Shown: piece by piece, positions 50,639-61,469 of the stretch | Position numbering within the stretch: position 1 is the stretch's first letter | Layout: every line of letters starts with the position of its first letter | Assembly: GCA_017554665.1 (NCBI GenBank) | Contig: JAFZHX010000003.1 | Span: 1,647-65,646, forward strand | DNA from: Alphaproteobacteria bacterium | GTDB taxonomy: Bacteria > Pseudomonadota > Alphaproteobacteria > Rs-D84 | Length of the DNA stretch: 64,000 nt | Direction: 5' to 3' | Program-made: the position numbers and the translations under genes | Notes under the pieces: generated by a model | The model's database searches: none | What the model was told of the DNA's origin: nothing | The model's input: the letters and a program-made list of their open reading frames with translations, nothing else

Positions 50639-51741
50639 AACCTATATTATTTAATTTTACAGACGCAGAGTTAGAACAGTTTATAACAGAATTGGGACAG
50701 CCAAAGTTTCGCGCAAAACAAATTCGCGATTGGTTAAATCGTGGTGCTCCGGACTTTGCATCAATGAAAAACATACCCGAGGGTTTGCGTCAAGAGCTTG
50801 ATAAAAACGCATATACTTTGCCAGCAAGAATTGTAAAAAAGTTAGAGTCTTCTGACGGCGAAACAACCAAGTTTTTATTAGAATTAAATGATGGCGAACA
50901 AATCGAATGTGTTTTAATGCGTACAACATACGGCAACAGTGTTTGTGTAAGTTCTCAGGCGGGTTGTGCGATGGGATGTAAATTCTGTGCCAGTACTTTG
51001 CTTGGATTAAAAAGAAATCTGACAGCAAACGAAATATATGCTCAGATTTTAGTCGCCCAATGGGAGTTGCGCAGTGATTTTGCATCAGAAAAACCAATTC
51101 GTCCAAATGGTGATGCGAATAACAATGATGTTTCTCATATTGTGATTATGGGTACGGGTGAGCCTTTACAAAACACAGAAAATGTAATTGATTTTATAGA
51201 GCGTGCAAACGCTCAAATGGGGATTGGGTGGCGCCGCATAACAGTTTCTACATGTGGTATTGTTTCTGGTATCGATAGATTGATTCAATGGGGACGTCCG
51301 ATTAATTTAGCTATATCTTTGCATGCTCCAACGGACGAATTGCGTTCGCAAATAATGCCAATAAATAACAAATATAAAATTAGTGAAGTTATGGAAGCAG
51401 CATGGCGTTTTACAGATTTGCACAATCGCCAGCTGATGATTGAGTATATCTTATTAGGCCATCGTGATAACAGTGGAGAAACTGTATTATTTAATGCTAC
51501 ACCAGAACATGCCGAAGATTTATCGAATTTATTGCGTGGCAAGAACTGTATGGTGAATTTGATTCCATGGAACGCGGTAGATGAACGTGATTTTGCATCG
51601 CCATCTGGTAATGCTGTACATAGATTCCAAGATGCGTTGATAAAGAACGGTATTCACACCCGTATCAGACGCGAGCGCGGAACTGATATTGGTTCTGCAT
51701 GTGGTCAGTTGCGTTTGAATAATGCAAAGAGCAGAAAATAA
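50635..51741 (+). CDS. rlmN: 23S rRNA/tRNA A2503/A37 C2-methyltransferase RlmN (radical SAM)
   Basis: FRAKQIRDWL N-terminus and CAMGCKFCAS radical SAM cluster. Confidence 0.9.
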   Translation: MKPILFNFTDAELEQFITELGQPKFRAKQIRDWLNRGAPDFASMKNIPEGLRQELDKNAYTLPARIVKKLESSDGETTKFLLELNDGEQIECVLMRTTYGNSVCVSSQAGCAMGCKFCASTLLGLKRNLTANEIYAQILVAQWELRSDFASEKPIRPNGDANNNDVSHIVIMGTGEPLQNTENVIDFIERANAQMGIGWRRITVSTCGIVSGIDRLIQWGRPINLAISLHAPTDELRSQIMPINNKYKISEVMEAAWRFTDLHNRQLMIEYILLGHRDNSGETVLFNATPEHAEDLSNLLRGKNCMVNLIPWNAVDERDFASPSGNAVHRFQDALIKNGIHTRIRRERGTDIGSACGQLRLNNAKSRK

Positions 51742-51770
51742 AAATTCCCCAAACGGGGAATTTTTTATTT
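51739..51770. terminator. Bidirectional intrinsic terminator (CCCC-AAAC-GGGG)
   Basis: aaaaaTTCCCCaaacGGGGAAttttttattt. Confidence 0.6.
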
Positions 51771-52037
51771 ACGCAGACCTAATTTCTTAATCAAGTTTTC
51801 GTAATCTTCTGGATTGCGTTTCTTGATATAGGCCAACAATTTCTTACGACGGTTAACCATCAACAACAAGCCGCGTTTAGAGTGGTTGTCTTTGTGGTTA
51901 GCTTTCATATGTTCTGTCAAATTGCGAATACGTTCTGTCAGAACTGCAACCTGTGATTCAACTGAACCACCATTGTCGTTTTCAGATACTTTGTATGTCT
52001 GAATCAATTCAGATTTTTTTGCTTTTGTAATGGACAT
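51765..52037 (-). CDS. rpsO: 30S ribosomal protein S15
   Basis: MSITKAKKSELIQTYKV...HLKANHKDNHSKRGLL typical S15. Confidence 0.9.
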   Translation of the reverse strand: MSITKAKKSELIQTYKVSENDNGGSVESQVAVLTERIRNLTEHMKANHKDNHSKRGLLLMVNRRKKLLAYIKKRNPEDYENLIKKLGLRK

Positions 52038-52058
52038 TATATTTTCCTTATGTCTTTA

Positions 52059-52931
52059 TTAAATTGTTCGTTTTGGTCGCAAGATTCCGTCTGTTATCAC
52101 ACCAATCCCAATAAACGAACTACCAGCATAGGCACGAACACAACCGTCATCTGCAACCGTTTTGACAAAGCCACCGTTTTTATAAAAATCGGCATCTTTA
52201 TCAGACAGATTAAGAACCGGAATGTCCCCCAGTCCAAAATCTACCGGCATCAATTTTTCATCAATGCTCCCGCTATTATTAAACAGATTTTCCAAAAAAT
52301 CAAGTTTTACAGCACTTTTTATGTCAAAGCCACCTGATAATGTTCGTCTTATCATATCAACAGTGCCCAATGTTCTACATAATTTTGCAATATCTCGACC
52401 AATAGAGCGAACATAAGTTCCAGTAGAACAGCGCGTACGAAAATTCCAAGAATCGCCCTTGGTGCCTAAAAATTCAAGTTCAAAAATTTGAACATCGCGA
52501 GGTGGCATCTCTATCACTTGCCCATGCCTAGCTGCATCATAAGCGCGTTTTCCGTCAATATGTATCGCGCTATATTGTGGTGGGATTTGAGCTGTTTTAC
52601 CAATTAGTTTAGGCAGTACTGCTAAAACATCTTCTTCTGTTGGTACAATATTACTGCGTGCAATTTCAGTTCCTGTAATATCCAAAGTATCTGTTTCAAA
52701 TCCGAACTGCAATGAAAACAAATATTCTTTGACAGCAGGTGAATTTTCTTCAACAAAAGGAATCATCTTGGTCGCATCCCCAATTGCGATAGGCAATACC
52801 CCAGACGCCATCGGGTCCAGGGTGCCAATATGCCCGAATTTTTTTGTACCAATCATTCGTGCAATTTTGCCACCGGCAGTTCTTGAAAACAGCCCAGAAT
52901 CTTTGTCTAAAATAATCCATCCTGATTTCAT
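52059..52931 (-). CDS. truB: tRNA pseudouridine(55) synthase TruB
   Basis: GWIILDKDSGLFS...GHIGTLDPMASGVLPIAIG catalytic Asp motif. Confidence 0.9.
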   Translation of the reverse strand: MKSGWIILDKDSGLFSRTAGGKIARMIGTKKFGHIGTLDPMASGVLPIAIGDATKMIPFVEENSPAVKEYLFSLQFGFETDTLDITGTEIARSNIVPTEEDVLAVLPKLIGKTAQIPPQYSAIHIDGKRAYDAARHGQVIEMPPRDVQIFELEFLGTKGDSWNFRTRCSTGTYVRSIGRDIAKLCRTLGTVDMIRRTLSGGFDIKSAVKLDFLENLFNNSGSIDEKLMPVDFGLGDIPVLNLSDKDADFYKNGGFVKTVADDGCVRAYAGSSFIGIGVITDGILRPKRTI

Positions 52932-52981
52932 TATTTAACTTTTCCCAGTTGGCTTGCCGCAGTTTTATATATTCCTTTTTA

Positions 52982-55495
52982 TTATCCAAACAAATTCAGC
53001 TGTGGTGTTACATTGTCGCTTGCAGAGTTTTTCTTGCGTGGTTGAGGTTTTGCCACTTGTGTAGGGACGGACATTTCATTTGATTCCAGTGCACCCAATA
53101 CACATTCTGCGCGTGCGACCACAGATTGTGGCATGCCTGCCATTTTTGCTACTTGGATACCATAAGAGCGATTAGCAACACCTGATACGATTTTATGCAT
53201 AAAGATAATTTCGTTATTATGTTCACGAACATCTATTGTTAAACAAGACACATTTGGCAAATGGCCGTTTAATACCAAAGCTGTTAATTCATGATAGTGT
53301 GTTGCAAACAAAGTACGAGGACACAATTCATTCAAATATTCTAATACAGCCTGGGCAATTGCCATACCATCGTAAGTTGCTGTTCCACGACCAATTTCAT
53401 CGAATATAATAAACGAGTGATTAGTAGCACGATTTAATATGTTTGCAGTTTCGCTCATTTCTACCATAAATGTAGATTGGCCAGCAGCCAAATTGTCTGA
53501 TGCTCCAACACGACTAAACAATTGGTCGCAAATACCAATTGTGGCGGATTGTGCTGGCACAAATGAACCTAAGTGAGCCAGTACGACAATAATTGCATTT
53601 TGGCGCAAGTATGTTGATTTACCAGCCATGTTTGGACCTGTTAGCAAGGCGATAGAGTTAGTGTTTAAATTACAGTCGTTCTTTACAAAGTTATCGCCAT
53701 TTTTGCGCAATACAGATTCGATAACAGGGTGGCGACCACCAATAATATCAAAAGCACAATCGTCAGTTATGCTTGGACGTACCCAAGAGTATTTATCTGC
53801 AACTGTTGTAAGCGCACACCATACATCAGCATCTGCTAGCAAGTCAGCTGTTGTTAACAAATCATCTGCGATTTCACGAATTGACTCAATAAAAGCATTG
53901 ATAATTTCTGTTTCGATTCCTGCGGCTTTTTCTGCAGCGCTACGAACATCGTTATCCAAGTCTATCAAACGTGAGGTTGTAAAGCGTAAATTACCAGCCA
54001 TTGTTTGACGATGTATAAATCCAGATTCTGGCTTCATCAAAGCTTCTGCACGTGCGGCAGGTACTTCGATAAAATATCCAAGTATATTGTTATATTTTAT
54101 TTTAAGAGTGTTTATACCAGTTTGATTTATATATTCTGATTGCAATGCAGCAATTGTTTCGCGCCCACCATGTGATAGTGTACGCATGCTGTCCAATGCT
54201 GCATCAAATCCATCGCGGATAACATTTCCATCTCGGAAAAATGTTGGTAACTCTTCTGCCAATGCGTTGTTAAGTTTTATGCCGATATCGCTGTGCAGAT
54301 TTATGTTTTTAAACAGAGGTGCAAACCCTGCGTCTAATTTAGATGCCATCATTTGTGCGCGTGGCAGTGCACATAAAAATTCGGATACATTGCGTAAATC
54401 GCGTGGATTACCACGACCTGATAACAATCTTGAAATAGCGCGTCCAACATCAGGTATTGTGCCCAAGATGTTTTCCATACTGTATTTAACATCAGGGTTT
54501 AATGAAAAGTGTGAAATGTGTTGCTGACGAAGCAAGATTTCATTTATATCGCCTGATAAATTACGCAAATAAGAACGCAATTTTCTAGCGCCTGCTGCGG
54601 TATTTGTTTCGTCTAATACATCGATTAAGCAAACACCTCCGTCATTGATAGGTGAATCGATTTCCAAGCTTTTCCAAGTGGATGAATCAATCAATAATTG
54701 TTTGCCTGATTTGAAAGTATATGGTGCACGAAAAGTAATTGCTGCGCCGCGTTGTGTGTTGAATAAATAACCAGCTAACAAACAAATTGCACTGTCAGAA
54801 TTTTTTGCAACTTCACCTACATTTACAGCACAACCAAAAACACGAGATACAACAACATCTATGTCGCTACGATGATATAGTTTTTCATACACTGGTGTAG
54901 ATTTAAACCCGCTACGAATCTTGGATATTGTTTTTTCTTCGGCACTACCAAATGGGAAAATAACTTCTGCTGGATTAATTCTTGTTAAGTCGTCAAATAC
55001 TTCTGAAGATTGACCAACAAAGAATTCACCCGTAGAAATGTCGCAACCAGCAATGTCGTATTTTTTACCACCGATTGGAACGACTGCGACCAAAAAGTTA
55101 GAAGATTTTGGTGTTAACAAATTATCATCAGTCAGTGTGCCTGGTGTTAATACGCGTACAACCTGACGATCGATATATTTATGACCACGTTCTTTTGCCT
55201 GTGCAGGTGTTTCCATTTGTTCTACCAGCGCGACTTTGTATCCGCTACGAACCAAGCGACCAAAGTAATTGTCCGCAGCGTGCCAAGGAATGCCGCACAT
55301 AGGAATACTGTTGCCATCACCATCAGTTCCACGTGCAGTTAAAACTAAACTTAATACTGCACTGATAGTTTTTGCATCTTCGAAAAATGATTCATAAAAG
55401 TCGCCCAGTCTGAACATTAACAATGCATCTGGGTTTTCTGCTTTCATATCGACATACTGTTGCATCACAGGTGTCAATTTGCTTTTTTCTGCCAC
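52982..55495 (-). CDS. mutS: DNA mismatch repair protein MutS
   Basis: TPVMQQYVDMKAENPDALLMFRLGDFYE N-terminus; Walker A GPNMAGKST. Confidence 0.95.
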   Translation of the reverse strand: MAEKSKLTPVMQQYVDMKAENPDALLMFRLGDFYESFFEDAKTISAVLSLVLTARGTDGDGNSIPMCGIPWHAADNYFGRLVRSGYKVALVEQMETPAQAKERGHKYIDRQVVRVLTPGTLTDDNLLTPKSSNFLVAVVPIGGKKYDIAGCDISTGEFFVGQSSEVFDDLTRINPAEVIFPFGSAEEKTISKIRSGFKSTPVYEKLYHRSDIDVVVSRVFGCAVNVGEVAKNSDSAICLLAGYLFNTQRGAAITFRAPYTFKSGKQLLIDSSTWKSLEIDSPINDGGVCLIDVLDETNTAAGARKLRSYLRNLSGDINEILLRQQHISHFSLNPDVKYSMENILGTIPDVGRAISRLLSGRGNPRDLRNVSEFLCALPRAQMMASKLDAGFAPLFKNINLHSDIGIKLNNALAEELPTFFRDGNVIRDGFDAALDSMRTLSHGGRETIAALQSEYINQTGINTLKIKYNNILGYFIEVPAARAEALMKPESGFIHRQTMAGNLRFTTSRLIDLDNDVRSAAEKAAGIETEIINAFIESIREIADDLLTTADLLADADVWCALTTVADKYSWVRPSITDDCAFDIIGGRHPVIESVLRKNGDNFVKNDCNLNTNSIALLTGPNMAGKSTYLRQNAIIVVLAHLGSFVPAQSATIGICDQLFSRVGASDNLAAGQSTFMVEMSETANILNRATNHSFIIFDEIGRGTATYDGMAIAQAVLEYLNELCPRTLFATHYHELTALVLNGHLPNVSCLTIDVREHNNEIIFMHKIVSGVANRSYGIQVAKMAGMPQSVVARAECVLGALESNEMSVPTQVAKPQPRKKNSASDNVTPQLNLFG

Positions 55496-55519
55496 GACAA
55501 ATCCGTTTATTAAAAATTA

Positions 55520-55714
55520 TTATGCGTTTACTTTCAAAGTTTCGATTTTCAATTCAGCTTCTTTCAGCAACTGTTCACAATATGCTTTTAATTTAATTCC
55601 TTGTTCATAAGCTGCGACAGAATCAGCAAGTGGCAATTCACCTGATTCCATTTTTTTAACTAAATCCATTAATTGTTTATACGCTTCTTCAAAACTTAAT
55701 TTTACTTCTGTCAT
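55520..55714 (-). CDS. xseB: Exodeoxyribonuclease VII small subunit
   Basis: 64-aa helical protein LSFEEAYKQLMDLVKKMESGELPL typical XseB. Confidence 0.85.
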   Translation of the reverse strand: MTEVKLSFEEAYKQLMDLVKKMESGELPLADSVAAYEQGIKLKAYCEQLLKEAELKIETLKVNA

Positions 55715-55772
55715 AAAAATCCCCTTAGATTACAATGTTTTTACGATACAAAAATAAAATCATATTTTCAAT

Positions 55773-55804
55773 TAAAAATCCCCCAAACGGGGGATTTATT
55801 TTTA
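55773..55804. terminator. Intrinsic terminator downstream of ppdK (CCCCC-AAAC-GGGGG)
   Basis: aaaaaTCCCCCaaacGGGGGAtttattttt. Confidence 0.6.
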
Positions 55805-58462
55805 GTTGTTCTTTGGGAACTTAACCGCTGCTTGTGCAGCTGCCAAACGTGCGATTGGCACGCGGAATGGAGAACAAGATACAGAGTTAAAACCAACTTG
55901 ATGGAAGAAGGAAATAGATTCTGGATCACCACCATGTTCGCCGCATACACCCAAGTGGATGTTGTTGCCTTTTGTTGCACGTGCTTTTTGCACAGCGTCT
56001 TTGATTAAGATACCGACACCCAACTGGTCAACAGATGCAAATGGATCTGCAACATATACACCACGAGCGCGATATTCGTCCAAGATTTTTGCAGTGTCAT
56101 CACGAGACATACCCAATGTTGTTTGAGTCAAGTCGTTAGTTCCAAATTCAAAGAATTCACAGCTTTCTGCAATTTCGTTTGCCAATACTGCAGCACGTGG
56201 CAATTCGATCATTGAACCAACTGTGTATTCAACGGTTTCGCCTTTTTCTGCGAACAAGGAATTTGCAGTTGCATCAATTACGGCCTTAACGATATCAACT
56301 TCTTTCTTGGAGCCAACCAATGGAACTTCGATTTCTGGGAATACTTGGATTCCATTTGCTTTGCATTCCAAAGCAGCAGACAAGATTGCGCGTGTTTGCA
56401 TTTCGCAAATTTCAGGATATGTAATAGCCAATCTGCAACCACGATGACCCAACATTGGGTTTTGTTCGTGCAATTGTTCTGCGCGTTGTTTGATGAATTC
56501 GACTGTTTTGCCGATATGTTTTGCCAATTCTTCGATTTCTGCTTCTGTATGAGGCAAGAATTCGTGTAGAGGTGGGTCAATCAAACGAATTGTAACTGGC
56601 AGACCGTCCATGATTTTGAACAATTCAACAAAGTCAGCTTTCTGATATGGCAACAATTTTGCCAATGCAGCACGACGGCCAGCTTCGTCTTCAGCCAAAA
56701 TCATTTCACGCATATCTTGGATACGTGATGGGTCAAAGAACATGTGTTCTGTACGAGCCAAGCCAATACCTTCTGCGCCAAAGTCGCGAGCTTGTTTTGC
56801 GTCTTTTGGTGTTTCAGCATTTGCTTTTACAGTCAATGTTTTGATTTCGTCAACCCACTTCATCAAAGTACCAAAGTTACCTGTCAATTCTACAGATACT
56901 GTTGGAATTTGACCTGCGATAATTTGACCTTTTGCACCGTCAATAGATACCCAGTCGCCTTCGTGGATAACTGTGCCATCTGTTGTTTTCAGTGTTTTTG
57001 ATTCATAATCGATTTTGATGTCCGGAGAACCAGATACACAAGGTGTACCCATACCACGAGCAACCACTGCAGCGTGTGATGTCATACCACCGCGTGCTGT
57101 GATAACACCCTGAGCAGCATTCATACCAGCGATATCTTCTGGTGATGTTTCGATACGGATAAGCATAACTTTTTTGCCTTCTGCAGCCCATTTTTCTGCG
57201 TCTTCTGCATTAAATACAGCTTGACCAACAGCGGCACCTGGGGATGCTGGCAACCCTGTTGCGATAATTTTCTTTTCTGCTTTTGGATCCAACATTGGAT
57301 GCAACAAGTGGTCTAATTGTTCTGCTCCAACACGCAAGATAGCTTCTTCTTTTGTCAGCAAGCCTTCTTCTACCATTTCAACGGCCATGCGAACAGCAGC
57401 TGCTGCTGTGCGTTTACCGTTACGGCATTGTAACATCCACAATTTACCATGTTCAATTGTGAATTCCATGTCTTGCATATCTTTATAGTGTTTTTCCAAC
57501 TTTTCGCGAACATCGCACAGTTCTGCATAAACAGCTGGCATAACTTCTTCCAATGACAAGCGACCAGAGTCATCTTTGCTCATTGGCTGTGGAGTACGGA
57601 TACCAGCAACCACGTCTTCGCCTTGTGCGTTAATCAGATATTCACCATAGTATTTGTTTTCACCTGTTGCAGGGTCGCGGCTAAAGCATACACCAGTAGC
57701 TGAATCTTCGCCCGAGTTACCAAATACCATAGCTTGAACATTAACTGCGGTACCCCAATCAGCAGGGATGTTATTCAGTTTGCGATATGTAATAGCTTTT
57801 TTACTCATCCAAGAACCGAATACAGCGCCGATACCCATTTCCAATTGTTTCCATGGATCTTGTGGGAAAACTTTACCAATTTTAACACCGATTTCTTTAA
57901 ACTTTTCAACCAAGTCTTTCAAGTCATCAGCTGTCAATTCTGTGTCCAGTTTATAGCCTTTGTCTTCTTTCATGTGTTCCAGTGTGTGTTCGAACAGGTC
58001 AATATCTGCACCCATAACAACTTCACTAAACATCATGATAAAGCGACGATATGAATCGTATGCAAATCTTTCGTTGCCAGAAATTTTTGCCAAAGCTTTT
58101 ACTGTGTCATCATTCAAACCCAAATTCAAAACTGTGTCCATCATACCTGGCATAGAAACGCGTGCGCCAGAACGAACAGATACCAACAGTGGGTTTTCCA
58201 AGTCTGCGAACTTTTTACCCATAATGGATTCAACATGTGCGATACCATTGCGTACTTGATCCATCAAATCTGCAGGATAAGTTTGGTTGTTTGCATAGTA
58301 ATATACACAAACATCAGTTGTAACTGTAAAACCTGCAGGAACAGGCAAGCCAACCAAGTTCATTTCGGCCAAATTTGCACCTTTGCCACCAAGCAGGTTT
58401 TTCATATCTGCTTGTCCTTCGGCTTGACCATTACCGAAAGTATATACCCATTTATTACTCAT
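55802..58462 (-). CDS. ppdK: Pyruvate, phosphate dikinase
   Basis: MSNKWVYTFGNGQAEGQADMKNLLGGKGANLAEM; central phosphohistidine GGMTSHAAVVARG; C-terminal PEP-utilising domain. Confidence 0.95.
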   Translation of the reverse strand: MSNKWVYTFGNGQAEGQADMKNLLGGKGANLAEMNLVGLPVPAGFTVTTDVCVYYYANNQTYPADLMDQVRNGIAHVESIMGKKFADLENPLLVSVRSGARVSMPGMMDTVLNLGLNDDTVKALAKISGNERFAYDSYRRFIMMFSEVVMGADIDLFEHTLEHMKEDKGYKLDTELTADDLKDLVEKFKEIGVKIGKVFPQDPWKQLEMGIGAVFGSWMSKKAITYRKLNNIPADWGTAVNVQAMVFGNSGEDSATGVCFSRDPATGENKYYGEYLINAQGEDVVAGIRTPQPMSKDDSGRLSLEEVMPAVYAELCDVREKLEKHYKDMQDMEFTIEHGKLWMLQCRNGKRTAAAAVRMAVEMVEEGLLTKEEAILRVGAEQLDHLLHPMLDPKAEKKIIATGLPASPGAAVGQAVFNAEDAEKWAAEGKKVMLIRIETSPEDIAGMNAAQGVITARGGMTSHAAVVARGMGTPCVSGSPDIKIDYESKTLKTTDGTVIHEGDWVSIDGAKGQIIAGQIPTVSVELTGNFGTLMKWVDEIKTLTVKANAETPKDAKQARDFGAEGIGLARTEHMFFDPSRIQDMREMILAEDEAGRRAALAKLLPYQKADFVELFKIMDGLPVTIRLIDPPLHEFLPHTEAEIEELAKHIGKTVEFIKQRAEQLHEQNPMLGHRGCRLAITYPEICEMQTRAILSAALECKANGIQVFPEIEVPLVGSKKEVDIVKAVIDATANSLFAEKGETVEYTVGSMIELPRAAVLANEIAESCEFFEFGTNDLTQTTLGMSRDDTAKILDEYRARGVYVADPFASVDQLGVGILIKDAVQKARATKGNNIHLGVCGEHGGDPESISFFHQVGFNSVSCSPFRVPIARLAAAQAAVKFPKNN

Positions 58463-58481
58463 GGTTTCTCCTTGCGTTTAA

Positions 58482-58512
58482 TTAAAAAATGCCCCAAGAT
58501 TGTGGGGCAGAT
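58482..58512 (-). terminator. Intrinsic terminator downstream of pta/ptb-like gene
   Basis: minus strand: GCCCCACAATCTTGGGGC followed by TTTTTTAATT. Confidence 0.55.
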
Positions 58513-58565
58513 ATTGCAGAAAAGCAAGAAAAAAATCCATATAAATAAAGTTTTTTTGTGTTCTT

Positions 58566-59459
58566 TTACATACTGCATGCGCAGCATATAGAAAACAGTT
58601 TTGATGTTTCGCTGTCAGAGCGAGAATTTATAATCACAGGTGCTTGTGCGCCGATGATTACACCTCCAAAAATCCAATCTCCAAATTGTACCATTGCTTT
58701 GATTGTATTATTGCCCGCTTCTATATCATCAAACAGCAAAATGTCTGCGTTGCCTTGGATTTCGCCATCATATTGTTTTGTTTTGGCAGCATCAGCAGAT
58801 ACTGCAATATCAAAAGATATTGGACCACTAATAACACAGCCGGAAATTTCGCCGGTTAAATTCATTTCGTGCAATGCTTGTGCGTCAATAGTCGCCTGCA
58901 TAGCTGGGTTTAATGTTTCAACTGCGCAAAGTGGGGCAACCAGAGGTTTTTGTACACCAATATGATGCGCAAAAGACACGGCATTTTTTACCAGCTGTAC
59001 TTTTTTCTCTAAATCAGGATATGTAACCATTGCAATATCCGTAAGGAATAATTTGCGTTGCAATCTAGGGGAATACAAAACAGATACATGCGACAAAATT
59101 CCATCGCCACGAATTCCTGTTTCTCGATTTAATACTGCGCGCAAAATATCAGCAGTATGAATCATGCCCTTCATTAAAATATCTGCCTGACCATTTTTTA
59201 TCAATGATACAGCGGTGTTTGCTGCTTCTAATTCATTTTCGCAATGAACAATTTCAAAGTTAGAAATATCAATATTATTTTCAGATGCGACTTGTTCTAT
59301 TTGATTTTTGTTGCCACACAATATAGCAGTTGCAAACCCCATTTTGTGGGCTTGTGAAAGTGATTTTAGTGCGCTGGCATCAACTGCATTTGCAACAGCT
59401 ATTGTGCGCATTTTTTCTGGCACCAATGTTTGTAATAATTTTTCAAACTCAGGATTCAT
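58566..59459 (-). CDS. Phosphate acetyl/butyryl-transferase family protein (PTA_PTB)
   Basis: AVANAVDASALKSLSQAHKMGFATAILCG...TGEISGCVISGPISFD typical PTA/PTB fold. Confidence 0.7.
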   Translation of the reverse strand: MNPEFEKLLQTLVPEKMRTIAVANAVDASALKSLSQAHKMGFATAILCGNKNQIEQVASENNIDISNFEIVHCENELEAANTAVSLIKNGQADILMKGMIHTADILRAVLNRETGIRGDGILSHVSVLYSPRLQRKLFLTDIAMVTYPDLEKKVQLVKNAVSFAHHIGVQKPLVAPLCAVETLNPAMQATIDAQALHEMNLTGEISGCVISGPISFDIAVSADAAKTKQYDGEIQGNADILLFDDIEAGNNTIKAMVQFGDWIFGGVIIGAQAPVIINSRSDSETSKLFSICCACSM

Positions 59460-59470
59460 TTTTTTCTTCC

Positions 59471-60499
59471 TTAGAAAGTTATACGCATGCCTGCGGATAT
59501 GAACGGAGTTTTTGAGGTTGTTCCGCCAGATATCCAGCCGTCAACATTTTCGCTATATTTATATCTGAATGATGCAACGACAGTGTTGTCTATAAAGTCA
59601 TCAATATCATTTTGCCAAACGCCTGTGTCGGATAGCATATAAGTCAAAGATAGACTATATTTTAAAACATCGTAACTGATACCTGTTCCAACAACAAATC
59701 CATCAGATATGTCGCCAATTGGGTTATGGTCATATATCAAGCGACCTGTTAAACCGACAATCCAGCTGTTGTATTGCATGTTCATACCCAAAGACATTTG
59801 TGTTCGCCAATCGGCAGTAACACCAGGAGTATAAACTTCGTTGTCAAAATTGTCGGGCTTGTTCATAAAAGATGCACCGACAGAATAAGCGGTTTTTAAT
59901 TTTCCAGAAGATTTGCGTAATTTTAAACCAGCATCAAACGCCCAATCATAATCGTCAGTTATGCCGGATACAGAAACACCATATTGCCATCCGTTATTAA
60001 TAGTTGATGCTAAATTTAGTCTTAAAGATTTGCTGCGTCCAGAAGTCAAAGTTGTATCTGCGATAATAGGACCGTTTGAATGGATTTTTTCATTATACAA
60101 AGGTCTATCGTTTATTCGCAAACCACCAACATCAGGCAGTCCAAGTCCCAGTTTGCGTGCGATTGAATCTGTGAAGCCAATTTCTATGCGTCCGACAGAT
60201 TTAAATTGAAAAAAACCAAAAGCTTCGCGCGAAAAGTAACCTTTGTTCAAAGCATTATGGTCTAGTGCATAAACCAGACCAAAGTTTGTGTTTTCAAAAG
60301 AAGAATTTGTTATTTGTGTTCGTACGCGCCAATCGCCAATAAATAATGGGGTTTCGAAGTTTGGGTTAATCATACCGCTGGTTGCGTACCCTGTTATTTT
60401 TAAAGAATTATTTCCTGTGCTGTATTCCAAAGCAATCGCGTTGTGCGATGCTAATGCAGTCAACATCGCTACAAGCACCGTTTTGTTAAAAATAGACAT
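59471..60499 (-). CDS. Outer-membrane beta-barrel protein (porin-like)
   Basis: Signal peptide MSIFNKTVLVAMLTALASHNAIA; alternating amphipathic strands; C-terminal ...GMRITF (terminal Phe). Confidence 0.6.
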   Translation of the reverse strand: MSIFNKTVLVAMLTALASHNAIALEYSTGNNSLKITGYATSGMINPNFETPLFIGDWRVRTQITNSSFENTNFGLVYALDHNALNKGYFSREAFGFFQFKSVGRIEIGFTDSIARKLGLGLPDVGGLRINDRPLYNEKIHSNGPIIADTTLTSGRSKSLRLNLASTINNGWQYGVSVSGITDDYDWAFDAGLKLRKSSGKLKTAYSVGASFMNKPDNFDNEVYTPGVTADWRTQMSLGMNMQYNSWIVGLTGRLIYDHNPIGDISDGFVVGTGISYDVLKYSLSLTYMLSDTGVWQNDIDDFIDNTVVASFRYKYSENVDGWISGGTTSKTPFISAGMRITF

Positions 60500-60500
60500 A

Positions 60501-61415
60501 TTATTTTTTACCTTCGCTTTCTTCTAGAATCGCATCACGCAATTTATTGTATGCGCGTTCTTCAATTTGTCGTACGCGTTCGCGAGATATACCATATTTT
60601 TGTGATAAAGATTCTAGTGTTGCAACAGGTTGACGTAATCTGCGTGCAACCAATATTTCACGGTCGCGCTCGGACATTTTTGCTAAATGTTTTTTTAACA
60701 AATCATATCCGCGTTTTCTAAATTCTATTTGTTCAAGTGTTTCTTCGATTGTGTTATGTCCATCTGTCATGTTAGATAAGATATCACTGCCACCATCTTC
60801 GGTATTGATAGGTGCGTTTAATGATAAATCGCGTGCGCCTATGCGTGTAGCCATGCGAGCAACATCTTTTTCAGGAACTTCTAAATATTCTGCAATTTGT
60901 TTTGTTTGTTCTTCGGACAAGTTGTTGTCCATTATTCCCAATGCGCGTTTTGCGCGTGATAAATTAAAGAAAACGCGTTTCTGGTTTGCAGAAGTGCCGA
61001 TTCGAACAATTGACCAGTTGTTCAGGATAGTTTCGTATATTTCTGCCTTGATCCAGAACATAGCATATGTAGAGAAACGAAAACCCTTTTCTGGGTCGAA
61101 CTTTTGTAAAGCTTGCATCAATCCCATGTTGCCACTGGCAATCAAGTCTCCAACAGGAATACCATAATTACGATAGTCATATGCCACAGATACAACCAAG
61201 CGCAAATGGCTGGCGACCAGCTTTTCTGCGGCTGTTTGGTTGTGTTCTTTGGACCATTGTGTTGCGTATTCATATTCTTGTTCTGCTGTCAGGACAGGAA
61301 TTTTTTGCACAGTTTGTATGTATTGAGCCAAACCAGCCTCATCACTGACCCCACGGGCAGAGATAATACTGTCATTTTTTTTAACTGGTAAAGCGTCCTT
61401 GATTTCCTTTGTCAT
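60501..61415 (-). CDS. rpoH: RNA polymerase sigma-32 factor (heat shock sigma, RpoH-like)
   Basis: Region 2 DLIASGNMGLMQALQKFDPEKGFRFSTYAMFWIKAEI and RpoH box QKRVFFNLSRAKRAL; start set at MTKEIKD (cat 61413-61415), ORF-track 130-codon extension rejected. Confidence 0.85.
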   Translation of the reverse strand: MTKEIKDALPVKKNDSIISARGVSDEAGLAQYIQTVQKIPVLTAEQEYEYATQWSKEHNQTAAEKLVASHLRLVVSVAYDYRNYGIPVGDLIASGNMGLMQALQKFDPEKGFRFSTYAMFWIKAEIYETILNNWSIVRIGTSANQKRVFFNLSRAKRALGIMDNNLSEEQTKQIAEYLEVPEKDVARMATRIGARDLSLNAPINTEDGGSDILSNMTDGHNTIEETLEQIEFRKRGYDLLKKHLAKMSERDREILVARRLRQPVATLESLSQKYGISRERVRQIEERAYNKLRDAILEESEGKK

Positions 61416-61469
61416 AACTTTTATAGTATACCATAAATTAATAATTATCAAGCACAGGAGAAAATAATT